DNA of 63,979 nucleotides, the filler included, from Lenisia limosa (Eukaryota; Protista; Breviatea): NCBI GenBank assembly GCA_001655205.1. It is 19 parts of 19 records of this genome, joined end to end, with 100 filler letters (N's around TTAATTAATTAA, not from the genome) between each part and the next. Parts side by side here need not be neighbours in the genome. Positions count along the whole stretch, not along the records: positions 1 to 2,900 come from LPNZ01004027.1; positions 3,001 to 4,309 come from LPNZ01010277.1; positions 4,410 to 6,664 come from LPNZ01003217.1; positions 6,765 to 9,496 come from LPNZ01000916.1; positions 9,597 to 12,137 come from LPNZ01007408.1; 14 more parts are not named here. The stretch is one strand, 5' to 3'. Within the stretch, counting starts at the first letter, position 1. Each line of letters opens with the position of its first letter. A program made the translations under genes and the position numbers. Positions 1 through 11,560 of the stretch are shown one piece after another. Below the pieces are notes generated by a model that did not search any database, was not told the origin of the DNA, and saw only the letters and a list, made by a program, of their open reading frames with translations.

Positions 1-1
1 T

Positions 2-2383
2 CCTACTCTGAAGGTTAGGCAGCCAGAAGAAAAGAAGGTTGAGCAGAAGAAACCAGAAGAAAAGAAGGTTGAAGAGAAGAAGATTGAAGAGAAGAAGGTT
101 GAACCAAAGAAACAAGAAGAGAAGAAAGAAGATAACAAGGTTGAAGAGAAGAAGGAAGAGCCTAAGGTCGTTTCCACTCCCGCTCAGCCAGCCCAGGCAG
201 ATGGATGGGGTGGTAGCGCTGACTGGGGTACTCCGTCTTGGACCACTCCTTCTCCTACTCTGAAGGTTAAGCAGCCAGAAGAAAAGAAGGTTGAGCAGAA
301 GAAACCAGAAGAGAAGAAGGTTGAAGAGAAGACGATAGAGAAGAAGAAACCAGAAGAAAAGAAGGTTGAAGAGAAGAAGGAAGAGCCTAAGGTCGTTTCC
401 ACTCCCGTTAAGCCAGCCCAGGCAGGTGGATGGGGTGGTAGCGCTGACTGGGGTACTCCGTCTTGGACCACTCCTTCTCCTACTCTGAAGGTTAAGCAGC
501 CAGAAGAGAAGAAGGTTGAAGAGAAGAAGGAGGTCCCTTCAGTGCAGTTCTCGCCCTTGCTCAAGGTCCAGCCGGCCATTCAAACGGACTCATGGGGTTT
601 GGAGGTCTTGAAGTTCCCTCAAAGCCCGTCGGCCTCGGCACAGAAGGTAGAGAAAATTGAGAAAAAAGAAGAGAAGAAGCCGACTGTACCGACCACTAGG
701 CCGACCGCCCCCCAAGGCACAGCCGCTGATTGGGGACTCGAGCCGCTCAAGCAGCCTATCTCGCAGCCCGCCCCGCTCATCCCCAAGACCGGGCCGAAGG
801 TTCAGGAACCGGCACAAGCTCCTGTGAAGAAGTACGACATCAAGCCGACTAACAATGAGAGGATTGAGGAGCTTGCCAGTTCACTACCTGCTCAGGCTGG
901 TATGTTGGCACAGAAAGGGTTATCACCGTTTTCAATCTACATATTGGAGGAGGGGATATCTGTATCAGATTACGGGTGGTGACATTCGTTCTGTTTAGTG
1001 AATACTCTCATTTTACTGTAACTTGTTCAGCTGAGTCCAGCTGGGATGACGTCACTGAGTGGCAGAAGCCCACTTTCAATCCTGAGACTAAGGTTGGTCA
1101 TCTTGACTGAGATTATGTAGTAAATAGGGGCCTTTTTTTGCCGTTTTCCATTTGATGCAACCATTTTTTGTACTATTTCGCAACCATTTTTGTAGCCCTA
1201 ATGAAATTTTACTTACTTTTTTTTTTTTTTTTTTTTNNNNNNNNNNNNNNNNNNNNNNNNNNNNNNNNNNNNNNNNNNNNNNNNNNNNNNNNNNNNNNNN
1301 NNNNNNNNNNNNNNNNNNNNNNNNNNNNNNNNNNNNNNNNNNNNNNNNNNNNNNNNNNNNNNNNNNNNNNNCCCGATGTTACGACTGAGAATATTGAGAC
1401 GCTTTCCCCATCGCAAGGCTCTCCGGGTATGCCCCCATTTTTCTTATTTCATTCTCACTACAATACCTCTTCTCCTATTATCTGTATCTCATGTAATGAA
1501 TTGGTTTATTTAGTGTTCTTCTTAACACAAGGTGTTTCACTACAATAGGACTCTTTCACTAGTCTGATGCATTATAATTCTCACGTACATATGTATTATA
1601 GTAATACTGTATCCTCTTCATCATTGACACACCAGCACCTTACAAAAGCTGGGGTGATGAGGTTGAGAATGACCCTCTTCCTCCCCTCCCGAAATCCGCC
1701 CTTGCTAGCCAGGCCTTCGTACCGAAAAAGGTAGGTAATTATGCGGTTGAGTTCCAAGGTGGACAAAAACTGCACAGAAGGTTGTCCAAATATTACCAGT
1801 ACTATTTGGGGAATTATTCTGACATCCTTATCCTGTAATATTCTTTGGTTTGTTTTCAAATGCTTACATGGGTCCTCGAAGCTCCGGACAGCATTCAAAA
1901 TTCACCAGACACATCAAAACTCCCGGGCAGCTTGAAGTTGACCCCTTGTATGGTCAACGGTGACAGCGAACTTACAACTGAAATCCCAGCTTGCTGCGAT
2001 GTCCACAAAACTTGTGATTATGACTGAAGTTACTTTCGAAAATAACGGGGGAATGAAGTTTATAGTACTTTTATAGGGAAAATTCAAGCTGTCTGGGAGT
2101 TTTGATGTGTCCGGAGATTTTGTTCACATACATACTGTGTTATCTTTGTTTTTTCTCACCCGTCAGCAAACGAGCATTGAGGACTGGGCCAACCAAGGTG
2201 CCAAGCCAGCTCCTGCAAAAACCGGAACTACCGGTAAGTTGGCTTTATGATAGAAAAATTCCAAACCTGACAGTATCTCACTCTCCAGGCTCCGTGCATG
2301 TGCTTGTGGACTACTCGACCACTGAGGGAGCCACGGCCACCCGACCCATTACCCAGAATGAATCAATGATCAAACCCCGACAG
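2..2383 (+). CDS. Multi-exon protein of unknown function, 5'-truncated, with an E/K-rich internally repeated exon (2-899)
   Basis: Frame open from base 2 (PTLKVRQPEEKKVEQKK...) to a GTATGT donor at 900; splices in frame to exon 1031-1092 (AESSWDDVTEWQKPTFNPETK); later GT/AG-bounded open exons read QTSIEDWANQGAKPAPAKTGTT and GSVHVLVDYSTTEGATATRPITQNESMIKPRQ. Membership of the later exons in the same gene is inferred. Confidence 0.65.
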
Positions 2384-2900
2384 GTGGATGGGGCAACATT
2401 TTTAGCTTTCTTTTGGCATTACCTGACCAGTCTTGCCATCAGCCGTATTAATTCATCTGTCATCTGTTTGCTGAACATTTCCTGGGGGAGGTTATTGACA
2501 GGTATATTACTCATACTCTTTGATTATTTGTCACATATGATACTAATGCCTAATAAAAATGCTTACACAGCGTGATGATGCTGCTTCTGTCAGATACCAA
2601 TATGTTATTCCATACTCACCTCTTAGCCCTCACCCCACTCCTTCCCCCCTCATATGGCGCGCCCCAGCCACCCTCCCCAGGTAGGTTTGTCGTCATGCTG
2701 CTGCTTTATCTCAGCCATATGATATCAAATCAATGATATGGGTCAAATACAGATAATCATCAATCTTGTTTTATTTCCTATCTCAATATTATGCAAACTA
2801 TCATACATGTAAGATATATCATATGATATATTATTGCTAATATGATATACTACTACACATTTACGATTGGGTCCACTCTTATTATTGTCAACACCAAAGA

Positions 2901-3000
2901 NNNNNNNNNNNNNNNNNNNNNNNNNNNNNNNNNNNNNNNNNNNNTTAATTAATTAANNNNNNNNNNNNNNNNNNNNNNNNNNNNNNNNNNNNNNNNNNNN
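2901..3000. other. Artificial scaffold spacer 44N-TTAATTAATTAA-44N (first of 18)
   Basis: Identical 12-mer (stops in all six frames) centred in 100-bp N blocks at 2945, 4354, 6709, 9541, 12182, 16786, 19565, 22229, 35183, 38103, 40414, 42264, 43871, 48115, 49965, 58572, 61441, 62824. Confidence 0.98.
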
Positions 3001-3687
3001 AGCGCCAAAGACAAGTAATTCCCCCGTATCTGTAGTGAATGAGAGTTAGTGGCGAGTAAATCCACTTATGGTCTCTACGAAAATTGATTTTCGACCTTCT
3101 TCAAACTGCAATATTTGTGTAAGCTCACCCTATTGATAGTACTATTAATAGTAAATAATAATAATAAATATTAATAGATTGTTCTTAGATTGTTAATATG
3201 TCATTTTAGATACCTGTATGAATACACTATCCTATATCATAAATAATGATTATATATTATATAATATAGGTGAGGGTACATGAGTGTGATTGGTCACATG
3301 AGTGTGATCGATTTTTTTTTTTTTTTTTTNNNNNNNNNNNNNNNNNNNNNNNNNNNNNNNNNNNNNNNNNNNNNNNNNNNNNNNNNNNNNNNNNNNNNNN
3401 NNNNNNNNNNNNNNNNNNNNNNNNNNNNNNNNNNNNNNNNNNNNNNNNNNNNNNNNNNNNNNNNNNNNNNNNNNNNNNNNNNNNTATTGAATCCTGCCGG
3501 GCCAATTCTCATAATTCACCCGCTTTTTGCCGCTTCCGCTTTGTTTTGGTCAATTCTGTGACTTTATAAGGTATGTTGTGTGGTTGTTAAGGTAGTAACT
3601 GGTTTATTGGTCTCTTTCCTTCATGTAATCATTTGTTTATTGCACACTTTTTTTTGAAATCTGCATCTCCCAATGTTACTATTCTAG

Positions 3688-4309
3688 GCTCAAAATGAAC
3701 TAGAATGGCTACGTTTGGAAATGAGAAGACAGAAAGAGAAATTTTTCAGTCTCCCTTATTATTCTCAAATTCATTCGATTTATTCAATTGCCAAGGATAT
3801 GGGCCAGGAAGACACGCTTTCTTACAAAAAGGTACAAACGTTGCTTTCGGTATGTAAATTGTTGTTATTTTTTATATGCTTGTAGCTCTCATCTACTAAT
3901 TTGGTCTCAAAATATAAAAATGGAGCAATTCCAAAGCACTCTGGGGGTCAACGCAAAATTCACGAAGATCTTGAACCGGCCTTTTTGGGTGAGATTATTC
4001 AACTACTTCTTGTTGGGGAGCACCTCTCAGCTTCAGAATTCAAAAAAATTGTTTGGATTTATTTTTTTTTAACTGTTTAGGCTTCGAAATTTATTAAAGA
4101 AACAACTGGAAATACAATTGCTCCCGAAAATTTTTCAAAGAATTACGTCCCGAGACTACTGGAAAGATTTCCTATTCTAAAATCAGTGGTATGAGGGGTG
4201 AAGTTATGATACAATTTTGAAACGATTGACTGCTCAGAAACCTAATGCACAAGCCCACAATGCTGAACGCTTGATGCAGCATCTCTCTGTTTTGTCACAT
4301 CTTATTCAT
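3688..4309 (+). mobile_element. Spliced pogo/Tc5 (CENP-B-like HTH) transposase N-terminal region, or a domesticated derivative; truncated by a spacer
   Basis: Exons 3688-3849, 3886-4050, 4081-4188 and 4238-4309 join in phase 0 across 36-, 30- and 49-bp GT-AG introns, giving GGQRKIHEDLEPAFLGEIIQLLLVGEHLSASEFKKIASKFIKETTGNTIAPENFSKNYVPRLLERFPILKSV. By eye this resembles the pogo/Fot1 HTH pattern (GR..L....E..L..WI......G.P.....+..A ... GKNWV.RF+.R.P.L). No DDE domain is visible. Confidence 0.55.
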
Positions 4310-7300
4310 NNNNNNNNNNNNNNNNNNNNNNNNNNNNNNNNNNNNNNNNNNNNTTAATTAATTAANNNNNNNNNNNNNNNNNNNNNNNNNNNNNNNNNNN
4401 NNNNNNNNNGGTAATATCTCTGATAAGACTGGCACCAAAAGAATTTCAGTGGGGTAAATCAAAGTACAATTCGATGAAGAACAGAATATTGATATGCAGT
4501 AACGGCGATAAGTCTTAAGGTTGTATTCCTCTTCAGAAAGTTCCTTTTACTCTGGAACCAAGGAAGCTAGAATCTTTTTTTTTTTTTTTTATGGTAGGAA
4601 TTTCTACAAGTTATTCATTGCCTTAGGAATGACTAATAAAATGGCCGTCAAGCCATATCGTGGGACTTATTTTACTTAATCTTTGTAAAAGCTAACAGTG
4701 TTGAAGGTATTGATGGAGGTGTCTATAATAGAGATGGTAACTGCCAGAAACCTAGTTGCATATCAAAGCTGATTGTAGTAAAGGTATGGTGGATTGACAT
4801 ATTTTTTCACGTGGCCATTTAGCTTAGTATCTTCAAATGCGTTGGGGAGCACTCTCATCTTGTGGTAAGGGAATGATCCAGGATTAACATCTTATATTGC
4901 ATAACCGATACTGAACTACATTCTGAATTTGTAAAAGACACTAGCAATTGTGATATGGTGTGATCGCTGAACGGTGCACATGGGATATCTGACAGTCTTG
5001 CTCGGAGCAACGGTGAATAACCGGATCAACGAGGCCAAGCGGATTTCAGACTTTGTATGAGCTGGAGGGAAGGAGAACTTCGAGGGCAAGTCACTCACCA
5101 TAAACTCGACCCCAGCAGTCGCTGCCGCTGTCGCCGGTGTCACAAACTATTTGAGCATATGGAATGTTGCTTGGTTGACATTCAGAATAACCTCTTTTGG
5201 AATATTAACTCTTCCACTTTTATATCTTGTCTTCTATAAGTATACGATGATATGCTCGTGGGTCAAAACCTGGTCGTTTTTTGGAATATCTAGTCACTTT
5301 TGAATTTTGGAGAACCTTAATACGATTAACTGGAGATAAAGCTCAATATCCGTGAAAGGACTTATCGCGGTCTGTGTACACATTGAAAATAGACTGACCG
5401 TAAAACGACAGGGAGGGGGTGAAGGGAAATGCAACCCATCAGAGAGGGTGAAATCCTGTTAACAAAAAAGAGAAACAATAACACAAAGTACCACACAGTT
5501 AACCAGATGAGAGGGGGGGGGGAAGAGAGAAAGAATGAGAGAGAGAACAAGAAAAAACAAAAAACAAAAGAGAGAGAGAAGGGTTTGTTCGTTGGCTTCA
5601 AAAAAGATCAAACTTAGTTCGGGATACTTGGCACATCTAAAAAAGGGGATATTTGAATAAGGACAAGAGACCCCCCCATTGCGCCAACTTTTTGTTTGGA
5701 GAATGGAGCCAATTGCTCAGTTACACACGCCCTGAGACAGAGCACACAGTCATATGGCAGGGTTTCCCTGGATTGTAATTGGGGATATTTGCTTAAGTAA
5801 TGTAGTTGCATTATATAATATGGTTTATTTATTATTAACCCCTCCACCTAAAAAATCCATGAAAGTCGGAAATAGACAGTTTGCACACGAGCATATAACA
5901 TTTTAACAATCCAACACACAAACACACATTTTTAAACCCAAACACCCCTCCACCTAAATAACCCATGGAAGTCGGTTATGAACCTGGTAACAGCAGTGGA
6001 CTGGGGGACAAGAGCGCCGATAGCCTGGGATGCGGCTTCGACGGATTTCGACACCCTTTCAAGATCGGACAGGTAGCTCTGAGAAAAAAATAAAACAAAT
6101 ATTGGAAATGTACTAAACAAAAAAAAAGGGTGGGTGGGAATTAATATGTTCCTCTCGATGATTTTTAATGAATAACATTCTTGCTGTCAAAAAATTATAC
6201 TTATCAATAATTCAATTCAACTTATTTCAATAAAGTAACCAGATTCACCCCCTCTCGTCTCTACATTTTTTTATTTCCTGAGTTTTACCCCCCCCCCCAC
6301 CCTGAGACTAAGCGGGTTGTTTGTATTCCTATGCTGACTAATAAAAANNNNNNNNNNNNNNNNNNNNNNNNNNNNNNNNNNNNNNNNNNNNNNNNNNNNN
6401 NNNNNNNNNNNNNNNNNNNNNNNNNNNNNNNNNNNNNNNNNNNNNNNNNNNNNNNNNNNNACACCCAAAAATCAATTCTGTTAGCTGACGACAACACGCG
6501 AACGCGAGGGTTGATAACATCATAACAAAAACAACAAAATAAAGGAAAATGTTACGGCAGTGGCGGGGGAGAGGAGTTATTGCAAATACATTATGGACTA
6601 TTGTATTAGTACCATATAATTAGCCCCTCCCCAAACGCGAGGGGCTCTCAAAGACCCGGGCCGCNNNNNNNNNNNNNNNNNNNNNNNNNNNNNNNNNNNN
6701 NNNNNNNNTTAATTAATTAANNNNNNNNNNNNNNNNNNNNNNNNNNNNNNNNNNNNNNNNNNNNGGTGAGTCGGCTTTAGCTTTTATGGTCTATCAATAA
6801 CATTCTTTTTCTTGAATGTGAAGGAAGTTGGGAAATAACTCTTATTTTTGTGATAAATGCAAATTTCCTCACTCAATGAATTTTGTTTTAACTGCTACTC
6901 TCCAGGCATCTCTGAAAGACCTTTCAGACCCCCTCCTCGACTGCGGAACTACCCCCTTACTCTACGTTATCGATTGTTGGCAGGGGTGTTTTGTTTTTCT
7001 ATTCTGGTAAATAGAAGATAGAAGAAGAGCGTTCCAAAACCTGGCTTTTTCGAAAGACAGAAAGAAACGTAAAAGAACGTAACTGGCGTGATTTAGATTT
7101 AGTATTGTTATTGACATAAGAACAACAATTATGATTTTCATAATCACCAAAATCATAGTTTGATTCAAGTAAAATGTGATACAAAGAATAATTTTATGTT
7201 CGGACATCCGTGACTATACCCTGTTTTAACAGGTGAACACTAACCGATATAGCGGGATCCTTGGATCTAGCAGAGAAGTTTCTGAGTCGAGGAGTACCTG

Positions 7301-8425
7301 TTCCCATTTCAGGTTTGAAAGCCTCTTGTTTTTTTTTGTTCCAGTGATAACATCTTTTTCATTTGATGCTTTCTTACTCCAAATTTTTCAATTTTTAGTC
7401 ATCCCATTCGCCAGTTTCTTCTGTTGTGATTTCTCATTTTGAATATATAGGGCCGAGCGGTGAACTTCCCTATCTTTTCGCATGCCGAACCCACTCCCAT
7501 GAGGCCCTGAAACTATTGACTCGCTATCACAAATCAGCGTGCCTCTCAAGGGGTGATGGTCGGTTTGGGGAAACTATTATGATAAGTACTCTTTGAGTTA
7601 TTTCATATTTCATTCCATTATGGAAAAACCGTTGGATTTTCCAAACAGTATTCACCAGTAACTCTTAAAAGCGTGATATGGATACCACACTGTTGATTTC
7701 ACATCTCTACATACTCCCGTATTTCATAAATTATCAACTGTATTACGATTTACCACGGTTTCAGACGGCAAAACCGCCTTTGTTGAGCTTGCCCTCTCGG
7801 TTCAAACGGAAGACAGCAAAGAGTCAGGTATGAGTTTTGTTACTGTTTGCAATAATCCTGACATGCTGCAGTCAATATCCTTGCCAGGTCTAATCATGAT
7901 CAGTATATGATATGTTATTCTTCCATTTTGTAAGATGTTGATTGCAATTCAATAGAAATATTATTATTGCTCCTTAATTAGTTGATTTACTCAAGTCCTG
8001 TGATTATTTTATTCACATCAATATCGCAATTGTATTCATTCATAATCTCAACGAGATCGGATTGGATTTGCAAGAATAATCTACCGTAGTATTCTAATAT
8101 GAGTCGTGGGAGCAGGTTCGCAATATCTATGAAGCTGTTTTATAAAAATTAAATTAATTTTTTGGCCACGGATGCAAAATCCAAATTGAGAGGTGTCTTT
8201 TTTCGCTTTGTGTTTGTAATTATCATGTCGAATCTCATTTCAAAACAGGATCTGAGTTCATCTCTACAAAGTCAATGAAAAAGACAAAAGTATGTGGTAA
8301 TATTTCTGTTAAACAAAGACAACACATGGAGCTTTATTAACAATAGAATAGTTTCCTTATATTATGATGAGATATGAGCTTTTTCTAAATTACCAATTTT
8401 ACTCACCCTCCCCCCACAACCTGCA

Positions 8426-9445
8426 GACCCCAAGAAAAAAGTCCCAATTCCAAGAAATTGATCCCAAGGTGGAGGCATGTGTGAAAGTAGGGAGGGGGGT
8501 TCTAATTTTGTAATTTTGCGATATACTGAGATGTGTGAATGGATGATAGTATAAATTGTGTGACTAAAATGTATGGTAGTGATAAGGTAGAATTGAACTA
8601 ACACAATCTGATCGAAGCCGTCGACACCATCACACAAATTAAATAGATCAAACGACTGATCACATACCTTCCCTCACAACACGTCCTCCCTATCGTTCGT
8701 TGTTATCACGCCCCTCCCTCATCATTCAAATCACCCTCCTCTGGAGTTATAGGGATGGTGCTACAGAAGCGACTAACTTGGCTTTGTTTGTTTTGTTATC
8801 AACCCTCGTGTGTTGTTAGCCAACTGATTTGGGGGTTTTGTTGTTTCATAAATTTTCTAATTTTACTCTCCCCCCCCCCCTAGGCCATCAACACAGCCCT
8901 CCTCAATCTGACACCTGACGACGTCCCGGACGACTACCCCAGTCCCGAGGGTTTCGAGCAGTGGAATGGCCTGGCAATATCACCGGTTCTTCCGCTACCA
9001 ATAAGGTGGGACCGCAGTATGTTGAAGTTTTAGATGTTTGGTGCGTGATTTTGTTCTCAGGTCTGATGATTGAATTGCAAATTTCCACAGTAGAATCAAT
9101 ATCTGTCAACGTGGTGATAGTGTGGACTTATTCAGTCACATACTCCCTCTTCACAAAAGAAAAATTTGAAGAGGGGGGGGGGTCATTAATGGAATATTTG
9201 GGTTTGTTAGTTTGTAGATGGCGAATTTACACTAATTAATGATGATTGTTCATGTATGAGAACTCACACCTCTCAGTTTGACCGACCCCATTTTCTCCCA
9301 ACCCGAGCGGATCGGACTGAAAAAAAAGAAAATTGCTGGGGCTTCTTTGACGCTTTCGATGGAATACCCGCACAGCACTGATGGTTGGGTCAATGCCTTG
9401 GTTCCACCTGCGCCACCCGAGGACGAAGTCTTGTGGGTAGGATAA
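8426..9445 (+). CDS. Exons of an unidentified protein
   Basis: AG/GT-bounded open exons from 8426 (TPRKKSQFQEIDPK), from 8884 (AINTALLNLTPDDVPDDYPSPEGFEQWNGLAISPVLPLPI) and near 9359-9436 (MEYPHSTDGWVNALVPPAPPEDEVLW). No family recognised. Confidence 0.45.
8795..8883 (+). repeat. Family C element ending at a 3' splice site
   Basis: GTTATCAACCCTCGTGTGTTGTTAGCCAAC..TGATTTGGG..TTGTTTCATAAATTTTCTAATTTTACTCTC(n)TAG, followed immediately by an open exon at 8884. Confidence 0.85.
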
Positions 9446-9611
9446 AATTTCGAATTATTTTCATGGCGCTGGCGGGGTGAGAGCTAGAGAGCTGTCNNNN
9501 NNNNNNNNNNNNNNNNNNNNNNNNNNNNNNNNNNNNNNNNTTAATTAATTAANNNNNNNNNNNNNNNNNNNNNNNNNNNNNNNNNNNNNNNNNNNNGCGG
9601 GCTACGTCACA

Positions 9612-11560
9612 GCTGTAGCCGATCTTTGTTTGGACTACCTCGTTGACACAACGACTGACTTCCTCCCGCCGCCGTACGTGCATCCTTTGATGCATGGCTC
9701 TGAGGACTTGTACATGACCCAAGCCGCGAGCACCATGGTGGGCTTTGTTTGCAGCTTTTTTTTATTTCTGATTCAATATTTCGGATACTAAATCATTCAG
9801 ATCAATATTTATCACATATGATAAGCAAATGTTATATGAAATGATATTCAACCAGGATAAGTCTTGACCAATTTTCCTTGGGAAATCACATAGCAAATCG
9901 GTCAAGACTTATCTGGGCCACTGTATATAGTATATCAACTATAATTATACTGTATATGTTCGAGGTCCTAAACTATGTCGTTAATTCGAATTATTGTCGT
10001 TAATTCAATTTTCTGTGACTGTCTCTTTCTCATGTTACGGTCAACTTCACAACAATTTAACTCGTAAAAAAGGACATATGAGAAAAATGCGAGCGCAAAA
10101 ACTGAAAAAAAAATTGCGCGAGCGTGACATTAATTCGAATTAACGACATAATTTTGGACCTTGAGCATACCATTATCCCTCCCACCTCCAGATTCCCGAT
10201 GGCAGTCCCATGTCTCCTCCCTCCAGTTCGGACGAAGGTGATGAAGACAGCTCCCTTCTCAACAAAAAGAAGACCAGAGTTGGGGGGGGGGGGTAAAATT
10301 GGAAAATTTATGAAANNNNNNNNNNNNNNNNNNNNNNNNNNNNNNNNNNNNNNNNNNNNNNNNNNNNNNNNNNNNNNNNNNNNNNNNNNNNNNNNNNNNN
10401 NNNNNNNNNNAGCGCCGCACCCATAAATGAGACACTAAGTCACTTCAAGCGATCTATTTTGATAACCTGTTAATCTCCGTGGCTGAACCGAAATGGACCA
10501 TTTTTCAATAGCTGACCCGACCCCAGAAAACACGCAAAGCAAAGAAGCCCACCGTCGGAAGCCGGACTCTTCCAATATTCTCCGCCGTCCGTGGCATCGA
10601 TGACGTGTCCCCTGGTGGGTGTGGGGCGAACGGTCAACCGTTTTATTGTTATTGTAAACAAGTAGTCGGCCAGTTTCTCGCGGTTGCCCTGTCAGGCGCA
10701 AACTTTTACTGTTTCCTACTTCCAGATCTTATTCTTTTTGAAATAATGAACTGAAATATGGAGATATGATATAAATACTCCATTAAGCACCAAAGTTGCT
10801 GTCTTCATTTCGTTGAAAGGTGTGATGATTCTTACTCTTCCTTCAGATTCGCTTTCCTCCGGTCGCGCAGGGGATGAACTTCGAAAAGTGATCGACAAGT
10901 TTTCAGACATCAAGGTCAGTACCGTAAAATACCTCCAAAAAAAACTCATGCTTCAGTTATTATTTCTTATTTTTTATTTTTTTCCCCCTTCAGACGTTGG
11001 TCTCCCTTGTGGACCATTCTCAGGAGGCAGCAGCAAACCGCATTGACCAAGTCAAGAGGCCTGCTCATGTGGACAGCCTCCATGATGATGTGAGAGGGGG
11101 CAGCAGATAATGGGGGTTTTGTGGGGGGTTGGTGGGTAATCTCCATTATTATGACATGGACTTAGTAATGTGCTCTCTACTCGGATCACCTACAGTGACC
11201 GGGACAAGTCTTGACCGATTTGCTATGTGATTTCCTAAGGAAAATATAACAAGACTAACCACGGTCACTGAATGTAAATTGCAGTATGGCGCCCTCCTTC
11301 AAGATACCATTAATTCTCGCAGACTGAAGCAGCCAAAACCACCTCAATCCTCCCAGTCTCCTCCATTCTCCGGGCCACCAAAAACTGGCTCACTTCGACA
11401 CGCTACGGTTTGTCCCTAGATAACTAGGAACCCAGTCCCAACATGTCATAATTCCTCTAGATTCCACGCCTGATTTGGCAAATCCTGCGCTGAAGCCCAA
11501 GAAGCCCTCAGTCAAATCCTCAACGTCCCTCTCCATTGATTTCCCTATTGAAGGTTTCCC
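9612..11560 (+). CDS. Multi-exon protein of unknown function
   Basis: Open GT/AG-bounded exons include 10192-10278 (IPDGSPMSPPSSSDEGDEDSSLLNKKKTR), LTRPQKTRKAKKPTVGSRTLPIFSAVRGIDDVSP, DSLSSGRAGDELRKVIDKFSDIK and TEAAKTTSILPVSSILRATKNWLTSTRY. Confidence 0.5.
9849..9925. mobile_element. Family A MITE (Tc1/mariner-pogo type), copy degenerate at its left end
   Basis: GGATAAGTCTTGACC...GGTCAAGACTTATCTGGGCCACTGTA; matches the copies at 11191, 14751 and 53520. Confidence 0.8.
9955..10169. mobile_element. Family E MITE-like element, ~215 bp with ~39-bp terminal inverted repeats
   Basis: Left TATGTTCGAGGTCCTAAACTATGTCGTTAATTCGAATTA versus reverse complement of the right end TATGCTCAAGGTCCAAAATTATGTCGTTAATTCGAATTA; both ends carry TA. 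Confidence 0.75.
11191..11272. mobile_element. Family A MITE
   Basis: TA-CAGTGACCGGGACAAGTCTTGACCGATTTGCTATGTGATTTCC...ACGGTCACTG. Confidence 0.85.

Noticed and set aside
184-579. Minus-strand F/S-rich ORF and plus-strand R-rich ORF 39-263
   Set aside because: Shadow frames of the E/K-rich repeat exon.
2945-2956. TTAATTAATTAA recurring 18 times as a possible repeat spacer or regulatory site
   Set aside because: It is always centred in exactly 44+44 N, so it is an assembly join. It also means gene neighbourhoods across these points cannot be interpreted.
4410-4460. KTGTKRISV as the DDE part of the pogo-like transposase
   Set aside because: It lies across an artificial spacer and is followed by a stop; the similarity is too short.
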